Part shown: one piece after another, positions 35,783 to 45,309 of the stretch | Position numbering within the stretch: position 1 is the first letter of the stretch | Layout of the letters: each line of letters begins with the position of its first letter | DNA from: Escherichia coli | GTDB taxonomy: Bacteria > Pseudomonadota > Gammaproteobacteria > Enterobacterales > Enterobacteriaceae | Reading direction: 5' to 3' (one strand) | Length of the DNA stretch: 64,000 nt | Assembly: GCF_044324875.1 (NCBI RefSeq) | Contig: NZ_CP172187.1 | Position numbers and translations under genes: made by a program | The notes under the pieces: generated by a model | Database searches by the model: none | What the model was told of the DNA's origin: nothing | The model's input: the letters and a program-made list of their open reading frames with translations, nothing else

Positions 35783-36405
35783 AGAATAACCTCTTTCACT
35801 AACGCTTCGATTTCTTGCTGGGCTTTATCATTTTGCGTTTCAAAAATTGTCATTGATTCGGCCCAAGCATCTCGATGTGCTTTACGATCACATACCCGGG
35901 AGTTTGCCAGATGCATTTCAGGGTAATCCTTAAGTACTTCAGCTGCCTCATTGGCTTCATTAACAAACATATTTGTGGGCGTCATGTTTAAAACGAGATA
36001 TCCCCGAACATCCTCATTAAAATCTTTTGCTGCTGTAAAAACGGAGCATGTATGAGGCACAACATCCAGGTCCATCTGAGATGGGCGCAAAGGAGAAATG
36101 AATACATCTGCGGCCATCAATCCACTACGCATTTCTGCGCTATCACGGCCAGCACAGTCTGCAATAACAAAATCATAGGATTTTTCGTGTTCCTTTAACA
36201 TGGCTTTGATGTTACCTGTCGCGCCTGTAACCGGAATATGAGGGAGATCTTCAGGGCGATTGTTGTACCAGGTTAATACTGATTTCTGGTCATCTGCGTC
36301 GACAATAATCACTCTATTGCCTAGTGACATCAGATACGCAGCTATAGATACCGCCAGTGTACTTTTACCTACCCCACCCTTTTGACTACCTAATACTATT
36401 ATCAT
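35779..36405 (-). CDS. parA: ParA-family partition ATPase (type Ib)
   Basis: 208 aa with deviant Walker A GSQKGGVGKST. Confidence 0.85.
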   Translation of the reverse strand: MIIVLGSQKGGVGKSTLAVSIAAYLMSLGNRVIIVDADDQKSVLTWYNNRPEDLPHIPVTGATGNIKAMLKEHEKSYDFVIADCAGRDSAEMRSGLMAADVFISPLRPSQMDLDVVPHTCSVFTAAKDFNEDVRGYLVLNMTPTNMFVNEANEAAEVLKDYPEMHLANSRVCDRKAHRDAWAESMTIFETQNDKAQQEIEALVKEVIL

Positions 36406-36529
36406 TATAGCCTCATATTAAGTTGTTAAGTTAACAACTTAATATTGCCATCTGAACGCGAATCATGCAATTATTTTTGTTATATTAACAACTTAACAAG
36501 TTATTAAGTATTTGATTTATAGATTAATT

Positions 36530-36585
36530 AATATAACAAGATAACAAGATAACAAGATAACAAGATAACAAGATAACAATATTAT
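36530..36585. repeat. Partition centromere-like iteron array upstream of parA (8-bp ATAACAAG units)
   Basis: Six tandem GATAACAA units; palindromic operator-like sequence at 36420-36450. Confidence 0.55.
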
Positions 36586-36600
36586 GGGTGGATTACATAT

Positions 36601-37872
36601 TCATAACTGGGCTACTGGCAAATCTGTCCATCTGGTGGTATACGCAGGAGAAAGCATTTCCCGTTTCATTTGCCATTCAGGGGCGGTTCCTCGCCCCGCA
36701 AACCACACTTTCCCTTTTCCAGACTGGTTCAGTTCATCGAGTGTTTTCATTAACTTTTCGCTGTTTTTACGGGGCTGGATCTCATCAAATAATCCCGGCT
36801 GCGCTATACCCGATGGTGTGAAATCAGCCAGCATGACTCCTGCCTTCATATAGCGGTACCCTTCACGCCAGACATGGTTTAAGGCTCTGCATGCGGCGGC
36901 AATAATGTCCCGGCTGTCCTGTGTGGGCAATGGAAGCTTTTCCACAGCGGCATTGCTGTAACAGGGTTCTTTTACTGCAAAGGGGGATGTCCGTACAAAT
37001 GTCGTCACCTGCCGGCAATACTGACGTTCCCCACGTAGTTTCTCTGCGGCCCGCTCTGCATACTGAACAACAGCCTGGTGCATGGCATCTTTGTCTGTGA
37101 TTCGTTCACCAAAACTGCGACTACAGACAATCTGCTGTTTTGCCGGTGGTGCTTCTTCCAGGGATATGCAGGACTCGCCGTTGAGTTCGCGTACCGTACG
37201 CTCAAGAATGACGCTGAAGTTTTTCCGGATGAATGCCGTGTTAGCCTGCGCCAGCTGCAGTGCTGTGTTAATACCCAGCGCATTCAGCTTTTCCGTCAGT
37301 CTGCGTCCTACTCCCCAGACCTCACCAACTGGCTGCAGCCCCAGTAGCTTCAAGGTCCGATTACGGTTTTCTGCCGTCAGCGCGACCACTCCGGAAAACT
37401 GTGGCCATTGCTTTGTTGCCCACTGTGCACTTTTAGCCAGCGTTTTTGTAGGCGCAATGCCCACCCCCATGGTGAGTCCTGTCCAGCTCTTTACCTGTTC
37501 CCTGAGCTGATGACCAAAAACCTCCGGAGAGATGCAATGATTTATCCCCCGCAAATCAATGAACATTTCATCAATTGAGTAGGGCTCAACTGCGGGAGAA
37601 AGCGACTCCAGAACAGCCATAACCCGTTGGCTCATGCTGTGGTACAGCGCATAATTGCTGGAAAATACATGTATTTTCTTCTCCAGGCGCATTTGTCTCA
37701 CCTGAAACCAGGGCTGCCCCATTCTGATGCCAAGGGCTTTTGCCTCCGGGCTGCGCGCGATCACACAGCCATCGTTATTGCTGAGTACGATGACCGGTTC
37801 GTTGCGAAGGTCCGGGCGGAAAACTTTTTCACATGAGGCGTAGAAACTGTTGATATCAGCCAGTGCAAACAT
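36601..37872 (-). CDS. impB: Y-family translesion DNA polymerase subunit (UmuC/ImpB/MucB-like)
   Basis: 423 aa; MFALADINSFYASCEKVFRPDLRNEPVIVLSNNDGCVIARS... Confidence 0.85.
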   Translation of the reverse strand: MFALADINSFYASCEKVFRPDLRNEPVIVLSNNDGCVIARSPEAKALGIRMGQPWFQVRQMRLEKKIHVFSSNYALYHSMSQRVMAVLESLSPAVEPYSIDEMFIDLRGINHCISPEVFGHQLREQVKSWTGLTMGVGIAPTKTLAKSAQWATKQWPQFSGVVALTAENRNRTLKLLGLQPVGEVWGVGRRLTEKLNALGINTALQLAQANTAFIRKNFSVILERTVRELNGESCISLEEAPPAKQQIVCSRSFGERITDKDAMHQAVVQYAERAAEKLRGERQYCRQVTTFVRTSPFAVKEPCYSNAAVEKLPLPTQDSRDIIAAACRALNHVWREGYRYMKAGVMLADFTPSGIAQPGLFDEIQPRKNSEKLMKTLDELNQSGKGKVWFAGRGTAPEWQMKREMLSPAYTTRWTDLPVAQL

Positions 37873-38309
37873 CAGCGTAACTCCCGCGTCCTGTGTATCA
37901 CGTGAGTGACAACACCAAAAATACAGATGTTTTCCGGATACAGTGTGCGGAACTCCGGGCTGTCTGAAACCGGCTCCAGTGCCGGGCGTGGGCGCAACAG
38001 CAGTCGTTTGACGGTGAACTCACCATCGATCTCAGCGATAACGATGTCCCCGTGTTGTGGTTTTTCGGCCCTGTCCACTACCAGCAGATCACCATTCTGC
38101 ACGCCAGCCTGGTTCATCGATTCACCGCTGGCGCGCAGAAAGAAGGTGGCTGCAGGTCTGCTGATGCAATAGCTGTTCAGATCCAGTTCCTGCTCAGCAT
38201 AATCAGTGGCAGGCGAAGGAAAACCGGCCTGGCAACGATCGGCAAACAACGGTCGCACGTAACTGTCATTGCCTGAAGGGTCAGCCGGACGGTGATAAAC
38301 GGTACTCAT
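37872..38309 (-). CDS. impA: UmuD/ImpA-like SOS mutagenesis protein (self-cleaving S24 peptidase)
   Basis: 145 aa; LexA-like C-terminal domain with RASGESM and K motifs. Confidence 0.85.
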   Translation of the reverse strand: MSTVYHRPADPSGNDSYVRPLFADRCQAGFPSPATDYAEQELDLNSYCISRPAATFFLRASGESMNQAGVQNGDLLVVDRAEKPQHGDIVIAEIDGEFTVKRLLLRPRPALEPVSDSPEFRTLYPENICIFGVVTHVIHRTRELR

Positions 38310-38554
38310 GCTGCAGGCAGCCAGCTGTCGTCCTGCCAGATTTCTTCCAGCAGAGACAGGATACGTTCTTTATCCTTGTCGTTGCGGGCTCCTGTGACAG
38401 ATACAGACGGGGCGCTGCCCTGGTCTATACGCAGCCAGATTTCCGGGTAGTGTGGTTTCAGACGTCGTTCGATTTCATTCTGTAGCGCCTGAAGTGTGCC
38501 TGATTTGAGGTTTTTTGTGCTCTGGCGGTCGAAAAGAATTTCAATGCGGATCAT
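38306..38554 (-). CDS. impC: DinI-like protein ImpC
   Basis: 82 aa from MIRIEILFDRQSTKNL...; first gene of the impCAB arrangement. Confidence 0.65.
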   Translation of the reverse strand: MIRIEILFDRQSTKNLKSGTLQALQNEIERRLKPHYPEIWLRIDQGSAPSVSVTGARNDKDKERILSLLEEIWQDDSWLPAA

Positions 38555-38581
38555 GTTCTCATCTCCCTTTTCTTTTGCTGT

Positions 38582-38597
38582 ATGTATATACAGTATT
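38582..38597. promoter_or_regulatory. LexA (SOS) box upstream of impCAB
   Basis: CTGTATGTATATACAG matches CTGT-N8-ACAG. Confidence 0.55.
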
Positions 38598-38863
38598 CTA
38601 ATAACTGAATCCACACACAGTCAAATGTCATTATTGTGACTAAAAAACGCTCAATTCTCTGAGGGTGTGGCTGTATGCCTGCTGTGGACTGCTGTGTCCA
38701 GCTTATCCACAGCATTTTGCGCACGGTTCTGTGAATAAAATACCTGGTTACCCAGGCCGTGCCGGCACGTTAACCGGGCTGCATCCAATGCAAGTGTGTC
38801 GCTGTCGCCGGCATCCTCACCAGGTCACTCAGCAGTCAGGGAGAAAAATGGCGGATGAAGTAT

Positions 38864-39217
38864 GACGGAGACGGTCGGGCAAGTGCCCGTTTCTTTTCCG
38901 ACAAAGGATGTCGCCGTGCTCCTCTTTTTACTGCGCCGGCTGACGCGGCGCGGCATAAACGCTGCCTGTGGTCAGTGTCCCGCGTCCGGCGGGCACGGGA
39001 CGGGCGCTTTTACCGCTCCCGGCTGGCGTCGGTGACAGTGTACGCCAGCCCGTCGCCCTTTTCTGATGAACGCCCTTCAAGCCGCTTTCGCGGCATAGCC
39101 TTGCCGTCAAAAAGACGACGGCTGCGGTATTCCACGGTCGGCCTGACCCGTTACCGGACGCGGTGAACAGCCCACAGGCAGCGGGGAACGGGCACCACAG
39201 GGGGGCCCTCCCGGTGC
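38864..39217 (+). repeat. Leading-region GC-rich repeat, family A copy 1 (354 bp)
   Basis: Near-identical to 40169-40522; immediately upstream of a gene start. Confidence 0.75.
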
Positions 39218-39221
39218 TCCT

Positions 39222-40163
39222 GTGAGGAGAATTCCCATGCCAAACTGGTGCTCAAATCGTATGTATTTTTCTGGTGAACCAGCACAGATCGCTGAGATTA
39301 AACGACTGGCCAGCGGTGCAGTCACACCGCTTTATCGCCGCGCCACAGATGAAGGTATTCAGCTGTTTCTGGCCGGTAGTGCCGGACTTCTGCAGACCAC
39401 TGAAGATGTGCGGTTTGAACCATGCCCCGGACTGACGGCTGCCGGACGTGGTGTTGTATCGCCGGAGAATATCGCGTTCACCCGCTGGCTGACACACCTG
39501 CAGAACGGTGTGCTACTGGATGAAAAAAACTGCCTGATGCTGCATGAACTCTGGCTGCAGAGTGGTACTGGCCAGCGTCGCTGGGAAGGATTACCGGATG
39601 AGGTCAGGGAAAGCATCACCGTGCATTTCACCGCCAAAAGAGGTAACTGGTGTGGCTTCTGGAGTAACGAGGATGTATCGGTGTGGTGGAACCGTCTGTG
39701 TGACAATGTACTGCCGGAAAAAACCATGCCGTTTGACCTGCTGACGGTTCTGCCCACCCGCCTGGATGTTGAAGTGAATGGCTTTAACGGTGGTGTTCTG
39801 AACGGTGTTCCTTCTGCGTATCACTGGTATACGGAACAGTATGGCGTGAAGTGGCCTGTGGGGTATGAGGTGAATATCAGCAGTCAGGGAGACAACTTCA
39901 TTCAGGTTGATTTCGACACGCCGTGGTGTCAGCCGGAAAGCGACGTTATTGCAGAATTAAGCCGCCGTTTCAGTTGCACACTGGAGCACTGGTATGCCGA
40001 GCAGGGCTGCAATTTCTGTGGCTGGCAGCGATATGAGCGTGGAGAGCTTGTTGATGTCCTGTGGGGGGAATTGGAATGGTCTTCCCCGACAGATGACGAT
40101 GAGCTGCCGGAAGTCACCGGACCTGCGTGGATTGTCGACAAGGTGGCGCATTACGGTGGATGA
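39222..40163 (+). CDS. Hypothetical leading-region protein (313 aa, Trp/Cys-rich)
   Basis: Good RBS GAGGAG; sits between the two family A repeats. Confidence 0.5.
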   Translation: MRRIPMPNWCSNRMYFSGEPAQIAEIKRLASGAVTPLYRRATDEGIQLFLAGSAGLLQTTEDVRFEPCPGLTAAGRGVVSPENIAFTRWLTHLQNGVLLDEKNCLMLHELWLQSGTGQRRWEGLPDEVRESITVHFTAKRGNWCGFWSNEDVSVWWNRLCDNVLPEKTMPFDLLTVLPTRLDVEVNGFNGGVLNGVPSAYHWYTEQYGVKWPVGYEVNISSQGDNFIQVDFDTPWCQPESDVIAELSRRFSCTLEHWYAEQGCNFCGWQRYERGELVDVLWGELEWSSPTDDDELPEVTGPAWIVDKVAHYGG

Positions 40164-40168
40164 ATTCT

Positions 40169-40522
40169 GACGGAGACGGGCGGGCAACCGCCCGTTTCTT
40201 TTCCGACAAAGGATGTCGCCGTGCTCCTCTTTTTACTGCGCCGGCTGACGCGGCGCGGCATAAACGCTGCCTGTGGTCAGTGTCCCGCGTCCGGCGGGCA
40301 CGGGACGGGCGCTTTTACCGCTCCCGGCTGGCACCGGTGACAGTGTACGCCAGCCCGTCGCCCTTTTCTGATGAACGCCCTTCAAGCCGCTTTCGCGGCA
40401 TAGCCTTGCCGTCAAAAAGACGACGGCTGCGGTATTCCACGGTCGGCCTGACCCGTTACCGGACGCGGTGAACAGCCCACAGGCAGCGGGGAACGGGCAC
40501 CACAGGGGTGCCCTCCCGGTGC
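40169..40522 (+). repeat. Leading-region GC-rich repeat, family A copy 2 (354 bp)
   Basis: Near-identical to 38864-39217. Confidence 0.75.
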
Positions 40523-40546
40523 CTTCTGTAAGAGAAGGAGGCTTTT

Positions 40547-41230
40547 ATGTCCCGTTTTATCCTGGGTGACTGCGTGCGAGTTATGGCCACGTTTCCGGAC
40601 AATGCTGTCGATTTCATCCTCACCGACCCGCCGTATCTCGTCGGTTTCCGTGACCGTTCCGGGCGCACCATTGCCGGTGACGTTAACGATGACTGGTTGC
40701 AACCTGCCAGCAATGAGATGTACCGCGTACTCAAAAAAGACGCTCTGTTGGTCAGCTTCTACGGCTGGAACCGTATTGACCGCTTTATGGCGGCCTGGAA
40801 ACGCGCCGGATTCAGCGTGGCAGGGCACCTCGTGTTCACCAAAAACTACACATCCAAATCTGCGTATGTCGCGTACCGCCACGAATGCGCCTACATCCTG
40901 GCAAAAGGCCGTCCACGTCTGCCACAAAACCCGCTGCCGGACGTGCTGGGCTGGAAATATTCGGGCAATCGTCATCACCCGACGGAAAAGCCTGTTACCA
41001 GCCTGCAACCGCTGATTGAGAGCTTCACACACCCGAACGCAATTGTGCTGGACCCGTTTGCAGGCAGCGGCTCAACCTGCGTTGCCGCCCTCCAGTCCGG
41101 ACGCCGGTATATCGGTATCGAGCTGCTTGAGCAGTATCACCGTGCCGGACAGCAACGACTGGCTGCCGTTCAACGGGCCATGCAGCAGGGGGCCGCGAAT
41201 GATGACTGGTTTATGCCGGAGGCTGCGTAA
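40547..41230 (+). CDS. Orphan DNA methyltransferase (amino-methyltransferase with DPPY motif)
   Basis: 227 aa; FILTDPPYLVGF motif and C-terminal AdoMet motif VLDPFAGSGSTCVAA; no adjacent restriction enzyme. Confidence 0.75.
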   Translation: MSRFILGDCVRVMATFPDNAVDFILTDPPYLVGFRDRSGRTIAGDVNDDWLQPASNEMYRVLKKDALLVSFYGWNRIDRFMAAWKRAGFSVAGHLVFTKNYTSKSAYVAYRHECAYILAKGRPRLPQNPLPDVLGWKYSGNRHHPTEKPVTSLQPLIESFTHPNAIVLDPFAGSGSTCVAALQSGRRYIGIELLEQYHRAGQQRLAAVQRAMQQGAANDDWFMPEAA

Positions 41231-41452
41231 ATGAACTATGCCGGACACGAAAAACTTCGCGCCGAAGTGGCGGAGGTGGCCAACACCATGTGTGACCTTC
41301 GGGCCAGGCTGAACGATATGGAGCATCGCTGTCGTTTTGATTCCGATGTGCTTGTTGAACGCCTGACACGCCAGACGCTGTATCGCGCCAATCGCCTGTT
41401 TATGGAGGCGTATACCGAAATTCTTGAACTGGATGCGTGCTTCAAAGATTAA
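41231..41452 (+). CDS. Hypothetical small leading-region protein
   Basis: 73 aa, start directly after methyltransferase stop. Confidence 0.4.
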   Translation: MNYAGHEKLRAEVAEVANTMCDLRARLNDMEHRCRFDSDVLVERLTRQTLYRANRLFMEAYTEILELDACFKD

Positions 41453-41464
41453 GGGGGAGACGAA

Positions 41465-41899
41465 ATGTACGGAACATGCGAAACACTCTGCCGGGAGCTG
41501 GCAGCGCAGTATCCGGGAGACACGCCGCTGATGCTGGTTGTCTGGTCCCCGGAAGAGATTCAGGCACTGGCTGACGGTATGGAAATTTCTCTGACCGATC
41601 ATGAAATCAGGACCGTCCTGTCGCGCCTGGAGGACATCCCGGAAGACCAGCGGAGTGAATCCGGTATTTCTTCTGCCGCTGCGATGGAGATTATCAGCAA
41701 CGTGAGCGAAAACCGCCAGGTGACCGTCCCTGCTGAACTGCTGGCGTCCCTGATTCAGACCGCCGAACAGGCACTGTGGAAACGTGAATGGGCCGCCCGT
41801 GATAACGGCCTTGCCGTCCCGGAATGTGTTACCCGCCGTCAGGCAGTGATTAATCAGGCCCGCACCCTGCTGAAAAACAACACACACGAAAACAACTGA
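41465..41899 (+). CDS. Hypothetical leading-region protein (paralog of the 43376 ORF)
   Basis: 144 aa; shares RQVTVPAELL / RHVTVPAMML segment with 43376-43798. Confidence 0.5.
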   Translation: MYGTCETLCRELAAQYPGDTPLMLVVWSPEEIQALADGMEISLTDHEIRTVLSRLEDIPEDQRSESGISSAAAMEIISNVSENRQVTVPAELLASLIQTAEQALWKREWAARDNGLAVPECVTRRQAVINQARTLLKNNTHENN

Positions 41900-42013
41900 T
41901 GTTATCGCCGCCTGCCCTCTGCCATTCAGAGACTGACCGGAACCGGGGCGGAACTGGTACTGTCCGGCAGTCAGTGGCAGTCGCTGCCGGTACTTCCGGC
42001 AGACGGAACGCAG

Positions 42014-42487
42014 GTGTCTTTCCCGTATGCCGGAGAATGGCTGACCGAAGACGAAATCAGGGCTGTTCTTGATGCGGTGCACGATGCGGTACGAAGCATC
42101 TGTTACCAGGTGGCAGAAGATACGCGGCGTATCCGTGCGGCGCTGACCACCACCGGTCAGACGTTGCTGACCCGCCAGACGCGCCGCTTTCGCCTGGTCG
42201 TGAAGGAAAGCGATCATCCCTGCTGGCTCGATGAAGATGACGAAAACCTGCCCGTAGTGCTCGATGTCATCGTGAACCGGGGCGCACGTTTTTCGGCAGT
42301 GGAAATGTACCTGGTCAGCGATTGTATTGAGCATATCCTGTCCAGTGGGCTGGCCTGCGATGTGCTGCGTATACCGGATGAACCGCCCCGCCGCTGGTTT
42401 GACCGTGGTGTTCTGCGGGAGGTGGTCCGGGAAGCCCGGACCGAAATCCGCAGCATGGCGGATGCCCTGGCAAAAATCCGTAAATGA
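42014..42487 (+). CDS. Hypothetical leading-region protein
   Basis: 157 aa, same strand and operon context. Confidence 0.45.
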   Translation: MSFPYAGEWLTEDEIRAVLDAVHDAVRSICYQVAEDTRRIRAALTTTGQTLLTRQTRRFRLVVKESDHPCWLDEDDENLPVVLDVIVNRGARFSAVEMYLVSDCIEHILSSGLACDVLRIPDEPPRRWFDRGVLREVVREARTEIRSMADALAKIRK

Positions 42488-42903
42488 TGACACTGGCGGG
42501 GTAAATCCCCGCCTTTTTCCTGCCGGTCCCCGGACAGAGCACAAAGGAAGTCGCCGCCGGCTCCGCTTTACCCGGCCATGCGGGGCATGGCCTTGTGGAT
42601 TTTCAGTTATGTGGCCTCAGCGTCGTGTGCGGGCTGTGCCGTGCCTCCATCGTAGCCGGGCTTCTGCGGGCGGGTTGCAAGGTAAGGTGAACCGCTGCGG
42701 TCACCCGGTCCCTCCTTCCCGTCTGCCGTGATTTTCCGGTCGTTCACCCGCTCAGATTTCGCGGTCTCACCCTCCAACTCCCGCCAGCCGTGTGCGTCAG
42801 GCTGCGGCTTCCCTTGCGCCCTTGCAACCCTGCAGGCCCGGCAAAGATGGAGGCACGGCACCGCCCGGTGTCGCGGAATATGTGAACAACGGAGGAAAAC
42901 ATC

Positions 42904-43329
42904 ATGCAATATGCGAAACCTGTCACTCTGAATGTTGAAGAGTGCGACCGTCTGTTTTTTCTGCCTTACCTGTTTGGCCAGGATTTTCTGTATGCCGAGG
43001 CATCTGTGTACGCGCTGGCGAAAAAAATGATGCCGGAATATGACGGCGGATTCTGGCACTTCATCCGCCTGCCGGACGGTGGCGGTTACATGATGCCGGA
43101 TGGCGACCGTTTTCATCTGGTCAACGGTGAAAACTGGTTTGACCGTACGGTCAGCGCCGATGCCGCAGGCATCATTGTGACTTCCCTTGTGATTAACCGT
43201 CAGTTGTGGCTGTACCACGACAGCGGTGATGCAGGACTGACTCACCTGTACAGGATGCGCGATGCGCAGTTGTGGAGCCACATCGAATTTCACCCCGAAT
43301 GCAATGCGATTTACGCGGCACTGGACTGA
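42904..43329 (+). CDS. KlcA/ArdB-family antirestriction-like protein
   Basis: 141 aa; pattern FLPYLFG...[19 protein letters not shown]...[10 protein letters not shown]...NAIYAALD parallels RK2 KlcA. Confidence 0.65.
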   Translation: MQYAKPVTLNVEECDRLFFLPYLFGQDFLYAEASVYALAKKMMPEYDGGFWHFIRLPDGGGYMMPDGDRFHLVNGENWFDRTVSADAAGIIVTSLVINRQLWLYHDSGDAGLTHLYRMRDAQLWSHIEFHPECNAIYAALD

Positions 43330-43375
43330 TTAACGGACGGGGCGGCAATGCCGCCCCTGTAAAGGAGACGAGAAC

Positions 43376-43798
43376 ATGTACTGTACTGTTAAAGAAATTA
43401 TCCGCGAAGTGCTGGATACAGACGTGCCGGACAGTGAATGCGTTTTTGCCGTGGTGCTGACCCGTGGGGATGTGCGCCACATAGCTCAGGACTGGAGTCT
43501 GGCAGACGATGAGCTGGAAACCGTCATGCAGCGGCTGGACGATGCCTTTGAGCATGGTGCGGATGTCAGCGTTGTTCACGACGTTGTTCGTGAACTGATG
43601 GAAGAAAAGCGCGCCAGCCGTCATGTGACAGTCCCGGCGATGATGCTGGAAAAAGTGATGGCGCTGGCAGGCAGTGAAATGAAGCGCCTGTATGCCGTCG
43701 GAAGTGAGAACGGGGGCGACGGTGACGCATTCGTCAGGGAGGAACGCGAAGCAATGGACGTTGTGTTACAGGCGCTGGACGGGGAGACGATGTCATGA
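43376..43798 (+). CDS. Hypothetical leading-region protein (paralog of the 41465 ORF)
   Basis: 140 aa; paralogous segment with 41465-41899. Confidence 0.5.
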   Translation: MYCTVKEIIREVLDTDVPDSECVFAVVLTRGDVRHIAQDWSLADDELETVMQRLDDAFEHGADVSVVHDVVRELMEEKRASRHVTVPAMMLEKVMALAGSEMKRLYAVGSENGGDGDAFVREEREAMDVVLQALDGETMS

Positions 43799-43986
43799 AT
43801 ATCAGCACAGAAACCCGCGAAATTCTGCGTAATTACAGGGCCGTGATTAATGCGCGGCGTCGTGAAATGGGGCAGAAACCGCTCACCACCGCGCAGATTG
43901 TTGATGAAATCTGCGATTTTGTGGCGAATCAGCAGGCGGTTTTCCTGGGCGGTCACTACATCTTACAGGGCAGCAGAAACAGGTGA
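43795..43986 (+). CDS. Hypothetical small protein, translationally coupled
   Basis: 63 aa, ATGA overlap with upstream gene. Confidence 0.3.
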   Translation: MNISTETREILRNYRAVINARRREMGQKPLTTAQIVDEICDFVANQQAVFLGGHYILQGSRNR

Positions 43987-44183
43987 TACAGGGGCAGGCG
44001 GTGGAGGCCGCCTGTCAGCCCGCGCGAAAACCCCTGGCAGGCTGACGCCTGCCGGAAGGGAAGCGGGCCACGCTGGCGCGTCGCCCGTTACCCTTCCCGT
44101 CTGTGATGTGTCTGACTCAGGAGTGTTTCTTTCTTATGTTGCGGAACTGTTCCTGATGTTGTTGTTGTTCCTTTATCTGCTGC

Positions 44184-44788
44184 TCTGATTCTGACTACTG
44201 CAGTGTTGTTCTGTCTGCCGGGCGCACCTTCGGCTCCCGGCTGCCTGGCGGCATCCGGTCGTCAGGCCCGACTCCGACAGGCAGCTGCTGGCGCACCTGC
44301 CAGTCTCCGCCGAACCCGCTGGCGCGGCTTCGGGCTGCCGCTACGGTCCGATGCGTGAAAACCCCGGGCTTGCAGCGACCGTTCTGGTCGCGCCGCCTCT
44401 GTCGCGCCGTGGCCTGCGCTCCAGGCATCCCGGCAAAAAGACGCCGGGATGTAAGGCGCAACGCCGTTTCGCAAACCGCGCTTCACGTCGTTGCTGCGGG
44501 TCCCTGCTCATTGCCTGCCGGGTGCCACACACCCGTATGAGTCCCTGTCGCCGGGGGCATAGACAGCCACAACCTGCCGCACTGACTGTCCAGGGTAAAT
44601 GAACAGCCCACAAAATTTTTTACCCAAAACCCGGTAAAAAATTTTGCGTTCTGCCCAGGACAGGTGCGTCAGGCCGTGGCAGTGATGCCCCTTGCGGCGA
44701 AGGTTCTCAAACGGGTGAAGTTCATACCACAGGGAATACAGCAGCAGGTTCCCGCGAAACGTCAAAACCGCGGCTCCCGAAACTCAAC
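44184..44788 (+). repeat. Leading-region GC-rich repeat, family B copy 1 (about 605 bp), candidate ssDNA promoter (Frpo-like)
   Basis: Near-identical copies at 47544-48147 and 55606-56210, each immediately upstream of a gene. Confidence 0.7.
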
Positions 44789-45027
44789 GGGTGATGTTCT
44801 TTAAAAATCAGGATTTATTTCAGGCTCCGGCAATACGCATTTATGTGTTCTGTCAGTCATCCGGCTGGCAGGTAATGAGAACGCAGGAACAGAAGGAGGA
44901 AAACACCGGAGAACGTCAGACGCAGATATGAAAAAAGCAGGCCGGGGAGGACCTGCTTAATCCACACCGCAAAAACTGTTCGAGCAGTTTCTGCGGTTCC
45001 ATTCAACAGTCATAAGGAGTTTCATTT

Positions 45028-45258
45028 ATGACGGTAAGTATTGTTTCACCTTCCGCAGCGGCTGTAAAGCCCCGCCGTCATCCCCGTTTCAGACGCGAAG
45101 ACATCCCCGCGCCGGAAATTGACCCCGTGCTGAAAGCCTTCGGGCGACACATAGCCCGGAGTTTTCACCGGGGGCGTGGTGTACACATCCCCGCCATGAA
45201 AAACACGGCCTTCGGGCAGGTGCTCCGCACACTCGAACTGAAACGCGCTTTTAACTGA
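45028..45258 (+). CDS. Hypothetical small protein
   Basis: 76 aa with strong AAGGAG RBS. Confidence 0.4.
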   Translation: MTVSIVSPSAAAVKPRRHPRFRREDIPAPEIDPVLKAFGRHIARSFHRGRGVHIPAMKNTAFGQVLRTLELKRAFN

Positions 45259-45309
45259 TGAGGTGAGCCGCCCCGCGAGGGGCGGCAACAGATGGAAGGA
45301 GAACATTTT

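Noticed and set aside
35405-36585. Short tandem repeats considered as a possible CRISPR array
   Set aside because: Units are only 8 bp with no spacers and no cas genes; they fit partition-site iterons.
38855-40471. ORFs 38855-39166 and 40127-40471 encoding near-identical Arg-rich proteins
   Set aside because: They lie entirely inside the two 354-bp family A direct repeats and are repeat-derived frames, not independent genes.
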